A DNA stretch of 64,000 nt from contig CAZFZX010000004.1 in the NCBI GenBank assembly GCA_964523765.1, positions 1,394 to 65,393 on the forward strand, written 5' to 3'. The position numbers and the translations under genes are program-made. Of the stretch, positions 9,120-16,561 are shown one piece after another; the first letter of the stretch is position 1, and each line of letters opens with the position of its first letter. A model generated the notes under the pieces. The model was not told the origin of the DNA and ran no database searches. It was given only the letters and a program-made list of their open reading frames with translations. This DNA is from an uncultured Enterobacteriaceae bacterium (GTDB lineage Bacteria > Pseudomonadota > Gammaproteobacteria > Ga0077536).

Positions 9120-10055
9120 TCAATAACCGCTTTTCACCTTCTTGGAAACGTCGCCGGGAGCCTTCCTCAGCCCACCTTCCACGAATCCGCCTCCTTCGAT
9201 AGAACCGCGTCCGGCCAGATCCGTCTCCAAGAGTTCCTGCTCGTCCTTGAAGTCTTCGCTCGTGCCCGCGTTGAGCGGAGTCACATCGCCCTCGAGCGGC
9301 TTGAAGGTCGATTTGGGATTCAAATACTCCTCGAGGGTCTTGGGTGGTCCGACATCGGCCATCGCCCTGATCCAGGCGACGACATTCCAGATGTCCTGAT
9401 CCTGAAGAAAGTTACCCCATGCCGGCATCGACGACGACAGTGATACGGCTTCGCCGCCCCCTTTGATGACCGTAAACAACTCGAGGTTCGTCTTCTTGTT
9501 CATGTAGTCGCCTTTGGTCAATATTCTCGGCGCCGGATCCAACACATAGGCGCTAGGTCCGTTCCCCTGGAGCGTCCAACCGTGGCAGGTAATACAGTAG
9601 ACGTAATACCATTGTTTCCCCTCATTCGGATCGGCGCCCGCTACCAGCGTCTCGTCGAATTTGGGCGACCAATTGTGAGTCCATTGATTGTAGATCCCTT
9701 CGCCGTCCGCGGCATTGTTTACTCGGTCCCAAAGCTCCGTCCTGCCCCTTGATCCCGCATAACCGCTTTCGCCCTCGTTAAGGGTAGTCTTCTCCGTCCT
9801 TTTGCCTACACCCGTCAGGTAGTCAAACGGCTGAATGCCATAGGTACTGCCGGACTTACCGGCCGCCATGTCCGTAGCCTCGTTTTCATAGGCTTCGGCC
9901 GCCTTCAACAGAGCCTCCTCGGATTGAACCGGGCACTCTACCTTTTTGCCCTGTACCCGACACCTTTTTTCAGCGGCCACGGCAGAAGAGTTCGCACATA
10001 CAGCGAATACACTTACCACTGCGACCATGTATACCCTAAGCTTGGTACTCTTCAT
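9120..10055 (-). CDS. c-type cytochrome with a long N-terminal extension
   Basis: Signal peptide. CITCHG and a distal SMPAWG motif. The haem domain is paralogous to 4432-4962. Confidence 0.75.
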   Translation of the reverse strand: MKSTKLRVYMVAVVSVFAVCANSSAVAAEKRCRVQGKKVECPVQSEEALLKAAEAYENEATDMAAGKSGSTYGIQPFDYLTGVGKRTEKTTLNEGESGYAGSRGRTELWDRVNNAADGEGIYNQWTHNWSPKFDETLVAGADPNEGKQWYYVYCITCHGWTLQGNGPSAYVLDPAPRILTKGDYMNKKTNLELFTVIKGGGEAVSLSSSMPAWGNFLQDQDIWNVVAWIRAMADVGPPKTLEEYLNPKSTFKPLEGDVTPLNAGTSEDFKDEQELLETDLAGRGSIEGGGFVEGGLRKAPGDVSKKVKSGY

Positions 10056-10084
10056 TTCGGTATCCTCCTAGTAAAACAATGGAT

Positions 10085-11074
10085 TCATTGCGGCCACAAC
10101 TTCGACACCGCACTTCCATCCACTTTGAATAAAGCATTCTTCTTGATATCAGAAAACCAGATGTCCCCGGTGGGATCGACGCCGATATCCTTGGGTCGAC
10201 TGTCGCCCAACGCGGCGGTGACTTCCAGGAACTCTCCACTAGCGGGATCGAACGCCCCGATCTTTCCGATACGGCGGAGCGTGAAAAATATTTTTCCGTC
10301 TTCCTCGGCGGTCAAGCTATCGATCACGCCGCTATTGGGGACGGAAAAGGACTCGAACCGTTTGGCTTCCGGGTCAAACGAAGTCAACGCCCGGCCTTTA
10401 CGCCCGGCAAACCAAAGCACGCCCGAAGAGTCGATAGCGAGATCGACCGGCGCTTCGAAGGGTTCCGGCATCTCGTATTCGTGCATCGACCCGTCCTTCG
10501 CGTCCAACCGACCGAGTTTGTTGCCTTCGGTCTCGACGAACCAAACACGTCCTTTTGCGTCGGTAGCGATCCCGGCCGGGCGGCTGGCCGGCGTCAGGAT
10601 CGGATATTCGCTGAAAGTTTCTAGCTTCGGATCGAACACCCCGACCTTGTTGCCATAGAATTCCGTAAACCAGACGTTGCCGTCCGCGCCCTTCGTGATC
10701 CGGTAAGGCGAGCTCTCGATCGTAGGAATATCGTATTCTCGGAACGATTGGGTGGCCGGATCGAAAACGCCGATCTGATTTGCATCTTGTTGGGTATACC
10801 AAACGTTCCCCGCATCATCGACCACCACGTCCGAGGGGAAACTCCCGTGGGTCGGAATATCGTACTCGGAGAACGTCTCCTGGTCCGGCTGAAAACGCCC
10901 GAGTTTGTTCGTGTTCGCCTCGACGAACCAGACGGCGCCCGCCTTGTCCAGGTCGATCCTAACGGGTACCGCAAACGCGGTAGGTACTTCGAAAGAGCGA
11001 AACGGCGTAGTCGCCCATGACGCCGAAACAGGCGCGAAAGAGAAAAAAATCGCGATAATGGCAATTCTATACAC
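10085..11074 (-). CDS. Vgb-type (streptogramin-lyase-like, COG4257-like) beta-propeller repeat protein, secreted
   Basis: Signal peptide. Reiterated blades such as DAGNVWYTQQDANQIGVFDPATQSFREYDIPT and GADGNVWFTEFYGNKVGVFDPKLETFSEYPI. Confidence 0.75.
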   Translation of the reverse strand: MYRIAIIAIFFSFAPVSASWATTPFRSFEVPTAFAVPVRIDLDKAGAVWFVEANTNKLGRFQPDQETFSEYDIPTHGSFPSDVVVDDAGNVWYTQQDANQIGVFDPATQSFREYDIPTIESSPYRITKGADGNVWFTEFYGNKVGVFDPKLETFSEYPILTPASRPAGIATDAKGRVWFVETEGNKLGRLDAKDGSMHEYEMPEPFEAPVDLAIDSSGVLWFAGRKGRALTSFDPEAKRFESFSVPNSGVIDSLTAEEDGKIFFTLRRIGKIGAFDPASGEFLEVTAALGDSRPKDIGVDPTGDIWFSDIKKNALFKVDGSAVSKLWPQ

Positions 11075-11095
11075 GGGCGCTTTCCGCTATAGATT

Positions 11096-12310
11096 TCACG
11101 TTGATCCCCCGACGTACCGCCGCGCCCGACCGGCTAGCACGGCGAGGGCACCGATCAAAACGAACGCCCCTATCCACGCCAACAGTTTCTGCGACCCGAC
11201 GTCCTCCCGCAGTACTTCTTTAGCGACATCTCCTTGCATTTCCGCATCCCGTCGAGTGGCCGAATACGCCAGTGCCCGATCGATCGACAGCCTACCCAAG
11301 CGTTTCGCCTCCGTGCTCCCTTCACTGAACCAGAGCACCGAACGCTCATGATCGATCGCCAAGGCTCCCGGCAGGCTATTGAAACTGGGGATGTCGACTT
11401 CGTGAAACACTGCCGTTCGCGGATTGAAAACACCGATCTTGTTCGCGCGATATTCAAGGAACCAGATATTCCCCGCGGCATCGGCAACAATCGCGTTCGG
11501 GGAACTTCTCTTAGTGGGAATCAACGCTTCGTCGAAACGTAACCAATCGGGATAAAACACCGCGATACGGTTCGCTTGCATTTCGACAAACCAAACCCGG
11601 CCGTCTTTATCGACGGTGATTGCACCTGGATTCGCGAACGCGGTCGGCACCTCGTACTCGTCAAAATGTTGCCGTTCGGGAACGAATCTGCCGATCTTGT
11701 TTACGTTGGCCTCGGCGAACCAGATATGGCCTTTGTGGTCGACCGCCAAATGCCTCGGGTAAGCGTTAGTGGTCGGAACCGGATACCCCTTGACGGAGAA
11801 ATCCGTCGGGTCCACCCGATAGAGGTTGTTCTTATTGGAAGCCGTAAACCAGATGGCGCCACCGTCGTCGACGAGCAGTTCTTCGGGGATCGATTCGATA
11901 GAAAGAACGTAGCGGGCAAATGATCCGTCGACGGGAGAAAATTTTCCTAATGCATAAGACTCATCAGCGTTCTCTGCCCACCTGTTTACTGTGAACCAGA
12001 TCTCGCCATCGGGACTCAGCGCAATCCTCGAGAATCCGACATCGCCCCACGAAGCAGGCAGCGAATAGCTCGAAAACTTCTCGGTTGCGGGGTCATAAAC
12101 TGCCAGAGTCCGGCCAACCTTCTCGGCAAACCAGAGCCGTCCCGCGGAGTCAACGACAATCGACTGCGCGGAACTCAGCGCGTCGGGCAATGGCACTTCT
12201 TCGATCGGATTTTCCGACGCTGCGGGGACACCTCCGCACAACATCAGGGCCGACCCGAACGCCACCGCTCGAAGCGGTTTGTTTGGTTCTTTCGCGGTTG
12301 CGATGTTCAT
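11096..12310 (-). CDS. Vgb-type beta-propeller repeat protein with a C-terminal TM anchor
   Basis: Same blade motif (GRLWFAEKVGRTLAVYDP..., GHIWFAEANVNKIGRFVPE...). C-terminal hydrophobic helix LLAWIGAFVLIGALAVLAG. Start placed at the ATG at 12310 to avoid overlapping the upstream gene. The ORF is open to 12373. Confidence 0.7.
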   Translation of the reverse strand: MNIATAKEPNKPLRAVAFGSALMLCGGVPAASENPIEEVPLPDALSSAQSIVVDSAGRLWFAEKVGRTLAVYDPATEKFSSYSLPASWGDVGFSRIALSPDGEIWFTVNRWAENADESYALGKFSPVDGSFARYVLSIESIPEELLVDDGGAIWFTASNKNNLYRVDPTDFSVKGYPVPTTNAYPRHLAVDHKGHIWFAEANVNKIGRFVPERQHFDEYEVPTAFANPGAITVDKDGRVWFVEMQANRIAVFYPDWLRFDEALIPTKRSSPNAIVADAAGNIWFLEYRANKIGVFNPRTAVFHEVDIPSFNSLPGALAIDHERSVLWFSEGSTEAKRLGRLSIDRALAYSATRRDAEMQGDVAKEVLREDVGSQKLLAWIGAFVLIGALAVLAGRARRYVGGST

Positions 12311-12330
12311 GGCTACTAAATTTCTACGCG

Positions 12331-13026
12331 CTACCAGGTCATGGTCGGCTCGTAAAAATGCCGCAATTGCCAATTTGCATCTTTATAAGACGCGCCAATA
12401 TGGTTCGCATCGCCGATACGATACCTGCCCACCGCTATCTGTCGCGCTCGTTCCGTCTTATAAAACTCGATCATACTCGCTGGCGGTAACGCCTGCCTCA
12501 CACCCATCATCGGGTTGTGGCAGGAAGTGCAACCGGTGGTCTTGGCCGGATGGCCGGCCTTCACCACGCCGGCGAGGGCGCCTATCCAAAACGCGCACAG
12601 AATCAGCGCTGAGACGATCTTACTGGACGTCGCCATCTTTGCTGGTGATGCCTTGCGTCTTTTGAAGATGAGCGGTACCGATAACAGAAAAACGAGTACG
12701 AGCGACGGCAACCAGAACGTTCCGATGGACAACCACTTGGCCGCCTCTCCGGTCAAATACCAAAACGGCTGGAAAATAAAAAAGAGATACCACTCCGGTG
12801 CCGGAATATTCGCTCCTTCGTCGGGGAGCGGCGGCATATTGGAATCCATGGGCACCTGCAAGTAATAGGCCAGTACCAACGGCACCAACAACACGATCAG
12901 CAAAAGGAGCCCGGCCGTTAACGCGTGTTTCGGCCAAAATGGGTGAAACGATTGCGGATACGGCGGCGCATATTTCGGCGCCCGTACGATCTCCCGGTCC
13001 TTGTTACCCATGATCAACTCAACCAC
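12331..13026 (-). CDS. Cytochrome b C-terminal part (subunit IV-like) fused to a c-type haem domain (QcrC-like)
   Basis: PEWYLFFIFQPFWYL motif of cytochrome b/subunit IV, then a TM helix and CTSCHN near the C-terminus. Confidence 0.8.
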   Translation of the reverse strand: MVELIMGNKDREIVRAPKYAPPYPQSFHPFWPKHALTAGLLLLIVLLVPLVLAYYLQVPMDSNMPPLPDEGANIPAPEWYLFFIFQPFWYLTGEAAKWLSIGTFWLPSLVLVFLLSVPLIFKRRKASPAKMATSSKIVSALILCAFWIGALAGVVKAGHPAKTTGCTSCHNPMMGVRQALPPASMIEFYKTERARQIAVGRYRIGDANHIGASYKDANWQLRHFYEPTMTW

Positions 13027-13032
13027 CGGCGC

Positions 13033-13650
13033 TCACAGCGGCCCGGAGATCCCGTGACGCCGCACCATTCGGAAATGGAAATACAACAGCGCCGCCAGAA
13101 CGAGCGGGATCGCGAGGATATGCGTGTAATAAGCCGTTTTCAGGCTGAACGCATCGAGTAGAAGGTCCTTGAAGGGCGCCCCGACGACGCCCCATGTTCC
13201 GATGTAGTCCATCCATATCGCGAACGACCAATAGGCGCGCCAATCCCACGGCAGCAGGATCCCGCTCGCAACGAGGAGAAAAACCATCAACAGCTGAGCA
13301 ACCCCGGACACCCAGGTCAACTCCCGCGGACTCTGATAGGCCTTGTAATAGAACACGATAACCATGTGGGAAAACACCATCGCGAGAAGAAGCGTCGAAC
13401 CCCAACGGTGCACGTTCCTGAACAGCCATCCGAAAGCAATTTCATTACTCATCTGCTCGATACTGTACAAAGCCTTATCCGGCTCGGGTGTATAAAAAAA
13501 AAGCATGAACACACCCGTGACTACCTGAAGGCCGATGAGCGCAAACGACAGTCCTCCGAAACAGTAGAAGAAGTTCACGTGGGACGGGACGGCCTGCCCT
13601 TTCTTGAGCCTGATCCGCTCTTTAACCCGCGTTGCGAGGCCCGCAGTCAT
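13033..13650 (-). CDS. Cytochrome b6-like di-haem cytochrome b (N-terminal four-helix part, QcrB-like)
   Basis: His pairs with haem-b spacing: H-x13-H in NVHRWGSTLLLAMVFSH and H-x14-H in THILAIPLVLAALLYFH. Confidence 0.85.
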   Translation of the reverse strand: MTAGLATRVKERIRLKKGQAVPSHVNFFYCFGGLSFALIGLQVVTGVFMLFFYTPEPDKALYSIEQMSNEIAFGWLFRNVHRWGSTLLLAMVFSHMVIVFYYKAYQSPRELTWVSGVAQLLMVFLLVASGILLPWDWRAYWSFAIWMDYIGTWGVVGAPFKDLLLDAFSLKTAYYTHILAIPLVLAALLYFHFRMVRRHGISGPL

Positions 13651-14192
13651 CGTTTCGCCTCACCCAGCCCAACTTCCAGCATCCCCGGCGCCCCTTCCTT
13701 CGCCAGCGTCAGCGCTGCTTCCTTGTCCATGCCGTAGGTCTCGCCGGTAAAGTCGATTCTCCAGGCCAGCACATCCTCATCGACGTTGAGCGGGATCCGT
13801 TCGCGCACCTTATACGCCTCGTCGAACAACGACGGCATCTGATAACTGATATCGACGAGCGCATGTGTCCCATTGATCTCCACCTTGCCGACGTCCACGG
13901 CCAACCCGGGCGGGTATTTCTTGATGACCTCCAGGAACGCCTCGACCGACAGCCGCGATCGCTCGGAGCCTATCAGTTTATAGGCGAGCCGCGCAGAACT
14001 GCTTCCCCCTTCCTTCGTCGCCTCTGTTATATGCTCGTAGAACCGCTTGACGACGACGGCTGGTCCTTCTTCGGGATTGAGGCCTACACTTTGCCGATCA
14101 CACCCCGCGACGGACAAGCCGATGACCAAAAAAGGTGCGAGCCACCCCGCCCACGCGAGAGGGGTGGCATAACGATAGTCGGAAACCCCCAT
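13647..14192 (-). CDS. Lipoprotein of unknown function
   Basis: Lipobox LSVAGC. No Cys or Met-rich metal motif. It is wedged between the nosZ-like and cytochrome b genes, 4-nt overlap downstream and a 10-nt gap upstream. Confidence 0.55.
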   Translation of the reverse strand: MGVSDYRYATPLAWAGWLAPFLVIGLSVAGCDRQSVGLNPEEGPAVVVKRFYEHITEATKEGGSSSARLAYKLIGSERSRLSVEAFLEVIKKYPPGLAVDVGKVEINGTHALVDISYQMPSLFDEAYKVRERIPLNVDEDVLAWRIDFTGETYGMDKEAALTLAKEGAPGMLEVGLGEAKR

Positions 14193-14202
14193 GCGCCGGA
14201 GA

Positions 14203-15963
14203 CTAAAAACCTTTCACTTCTTCGGCGATCGTAAGCTGACCTTCTTCCACCAAGCCGGGCAGAGTCTGGGCTTCGGCATAATCGCCTATCGCCAGATTCG
14301 AACTGTCCCCGGCCGGATCGTCGACAAAGAACGACCCTCTCATCTCAAGGTGTAAGGGTCCACAGAAATGTTGACAGAAAATCGCGTACTCGCCGGCAAT
14401 ATCGGCCACGAACTCGGTCACTGCGGTGACCCCGCGAGGGGCGCTCATGTTCGTTCGCAATCCGTAGGGTCCGTAGATCGTGAATCCCATGGTGACGTCC
14501 GGATTCTTGGTGATGCCCGCAGCTTTGTCGATATTGGTCACGAAGAGCCGGACCTTATCACCCTTGTTGACCCGGATCTGCCGAGGGATATAACCATAGC
14601 TGAAGGCCTTGACGTGGATCTCCTTGACCCCGTCGACCGTTCTGATCCCCGGCTTCTCATTGGACTTGGGCATAAAGTATCTTTTCGACTTCGCCCTGTG
14701 CGCGGGATCGATCATCGGCGTCGAACCCGTGATCAGACCGCCCGAGGTCGCCGTGCCCATGTTCCAACGCTCGACCTGATAGGCCCAGATATTCTTCGCG
14801 TTGTGGGGCTCGCCATCCACCGGAATGATCTTCAAGGTCTTGCCATAGGTCGGGCTCTTTTCACGCGCGTCCCATAACTCGAAATTGACCGGATAGACGA
14901 TGCCGGTGGGGCTGAACAGACCGGTCGAGAACTTGTTCAGCGCGATGACATAAGCATTGTCGTTGCTGATCGAGATGTGCCCTGTTCTGTAATGTGTCGG
15001 GATCTCGTCGACGACTTCCAATTTCTTCAGATCCACCTTGACGTTGGCGTCGGCGACAAAACAGCTCTCGTAGGCATACTTCGAAGTCAACCCTTCGGTG
15101 CTGTCCTTCCCCGGTTCATAGACTCCGCCGTCCTTGTCGTAGACGTCCATCACCGAATGCAGCGGGCCGGCACAGGTCGGAAGCACCTTTTTCACCGCCA
15201 GTTTGTCCACATCGATAATGGTCATGGTCGCCGACAATTTGTCACTCACGAGCGCCAGCGTGCCCTCCGGAATGACGTCCACGCCGTGGGGATTCTTGCC
15301 GACCGGGATCTCTTTCAGGAATTTAAACGGATTGGCGGAAAAAACACCCACCGTGGAGTGATAATAATTACCCGCGAACACATACTTCCCTTTTCTACCG
15401 GCGTCGATGTAATCGGGTGCGCTCGGCGCGGGGCCCCAATCGATGATTTGCGTTTTGCCGGTCGCGATTTCCGTCTTCGACATCTTCCCGGTGTATTCAC
15501 CGGTGCCGAAGAGATATTTTCCATCCGTACTCAAGGCGATGTGATGGACGCCAAACGGGAACGGCAATGCAATCAACCGCTCGAGAAAACCGGTTTGCAG
15601 ATTGATCTCGCCGACGGTGTTCGCCCCCTTGTCGTTGACATAGAGGTACTTGCCGTCCGGGGTACCGTTCTTGTTCCCGTGATTGGTACCGCCGTACACG
15701 ACCTCGTGCAGATCGACACCGACATCGATGTGCCGGTATGTGCGCATACTCGGCAACCCGATGACCGCGACCTTGCCGTCCAGTCCGCCGGCGTTATACA
15801 TGATCATCGGATCATGCAGCACCGAATCCGCTGGCTCTTGTTCGGCATGCTGCCATTGCGGAATGGTCTCCTCCGCGCCAGCCGCCAGACTCAGCGACAG
15901 AGACACCAGCAAAACCCCGAAAAGAAGATTTCTCATCGGAAAGACGTGTTTCATGTCATGCAT
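14203..15963 (-). CDS. nosZ: Divergent nitrous-oxide-reductase (NosZ) homologue: beta-propeller plus C-terminal CuA cupredoxin, Sec-type leader
   Basis: GGLDGKVAVIGLPSMR, DGKYLYVNDKGANT, KNPHG, GPLHS, HYRTGHISIS, ALNKFS and GEPHN line up with NosZ propeller blocks. C-terminal CuA motif CQHFCGPLHLEM. No twin-arginine. Start at the ATG at 15963, 7 nt after GGAGGT. The ORF is open to a GTG at 15978. Confidence 0.8.
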   Translation of the reverse strand: MHDMKHVFPMRNLLFGVLLVSLSLSLAAGAEETIPQWQHAEQEPADSVLHDPMIMYNAGGLDGKVAVIGLPSMRTYRHIDVGVDLHEVVYGGTNHGNKNGTPDGKYLYVNDKGANTVGEINLQTGFLERLIALPFPFGVHHIALSTDGKYLFGTGEYTGKMSKTEIATGKTQIIDWGPAPSAPDYIDAGRKGKYVFAGNYYHSTVGVFSANPFKFLKEIPVGKNPHGVDVIPEGTLALVSDKLSATMTIIDVDKLAVKKVLPTCAGPLHSVMDVYDKDGGVYEPGKDSTEGLTSKYAYESCFVADANVKVDLKKLEVVDEIPTHYRTGHISISNDNAYVIALNKFSTGLFSPTGIVYPVNFELWDAREKSPTYGKTLKIIPVDGEPHNAKNIWAYQVERWNMGTATSGGLITGSTPMIDPAHRAKSKRYFMPKSNEKPGIRTVDGVKEIHVKAFSYGYIPRQIRVNKGDKVRLFVTNIDKAAGITKNPDVTMGFTIYGPYGLRTNMSAPRGVTAVTEFVADIAGEYAIFCQHFCGPLHLEMRGSFFVDDPAGDSSNLAIGDYAEAQTLPGLVEEGQLTIAEEVKGF

Positions 15964-16270
15964 CTTCATTACCTCCACACACCCCGGTCATACAGAAACC
16001 ACTACCGACCCGTTCAATGTTGCCACGACAACACAAAGGTCAAGGCAGAAGCCATAAATCATTCGTAGCCGCCGTTCGAAGCTCGCGGGCCCTTCAGCGG
16101 ATCAACGTCGGCGGGAGCCAGTCTTACCCACCTGTTTCCGCCTCCGTTCACACAACAGCCCGGGCACGGCGCCGGCGGTCGACACCAGCGCCCTGGTAGC
16201 CGACGACAGCCGCCACAATTCCCGCCCCGTCTGGACACGCACCAATGTCTCTTTTGTGAGTTTTAAAACC

Positions 16271-16284
16271 TTGACCTAGGTCAA
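16271..16284. promoter_or_regulatory. Crp/Fnr-family (FNR/ANR/DNR-type) binding-site candidate upstream of the nosZ-like operon
   Basis: Perfect 14-bp palindrome TTGAC-CTAG-GTCAA, about 310 bp upstream of the 15963 start. A weak -10 (GACATT, minus strand, 16249-16244) lies at class-II spacing. Confidence 0.5.
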
Positions 16285-16561
16285 TTACTCGGTCCGGGGC
16301 AATATCAAGAAACGCTGGTAGAGGCCGCGCCCGACGGGATTTCGGCCTGTACGACGGCGTCTTTCGGCGAGAAGCTCGATACGAATGGCCACGCTATTGC
16401 GCGTGTTGGCGGCGCGGGAGCGGGAGACCGCGCGTTCCTGGTTCTCTGTAATTTCACTTTATTCAATGCGTTACGGCAAATCGCCGGGCGACGGCGGCCA
16501 TCGCGCGAGGCGAAGGCTGAGAACGGTCACGACTCGGTTTCGCGAACCTTCTATCGGTTCA

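Noticed and set aside
13647-14192. Lipoprotein next to the nosZ-like gene considered as NosL.
   Set aside because: Size and lipobox fit. However, the mature protein has no Cys and no CxxC/Met-rich copper motif like the one I remember in NosL (CHVCGM), so it is left as unknown.
9120-14192. Search for a Rieske subunit, NosD (beta-helix) or NosR-type genes within the nosZ-like operon.
   Set aside because: No CxH...CxxH pair, no long parallel beta-helix repeat protein and no polytopic Fe-S flavoprotein is visible. Absence is reported as an observation, not as proof that they are missing from the genome.
14977-16068. 363-aa plus-strand ORF opposite the nosZ-like gene. Similar long antisense ORFs occur at 17754-18893, 24312-25322, 29672-30736, 30818-31732, 33415-34443, 44378-45271, 48144-49013, 58257-59192 and 59274-60110.
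   Set aside because: All lie fully inside genes with clear family motifs on the other strand. Their products are Arg/Gly/Pro-rich, low-complexity translations typical of GC-rich shadow frames. None has recognisable motifs or ribosome-binding sites.
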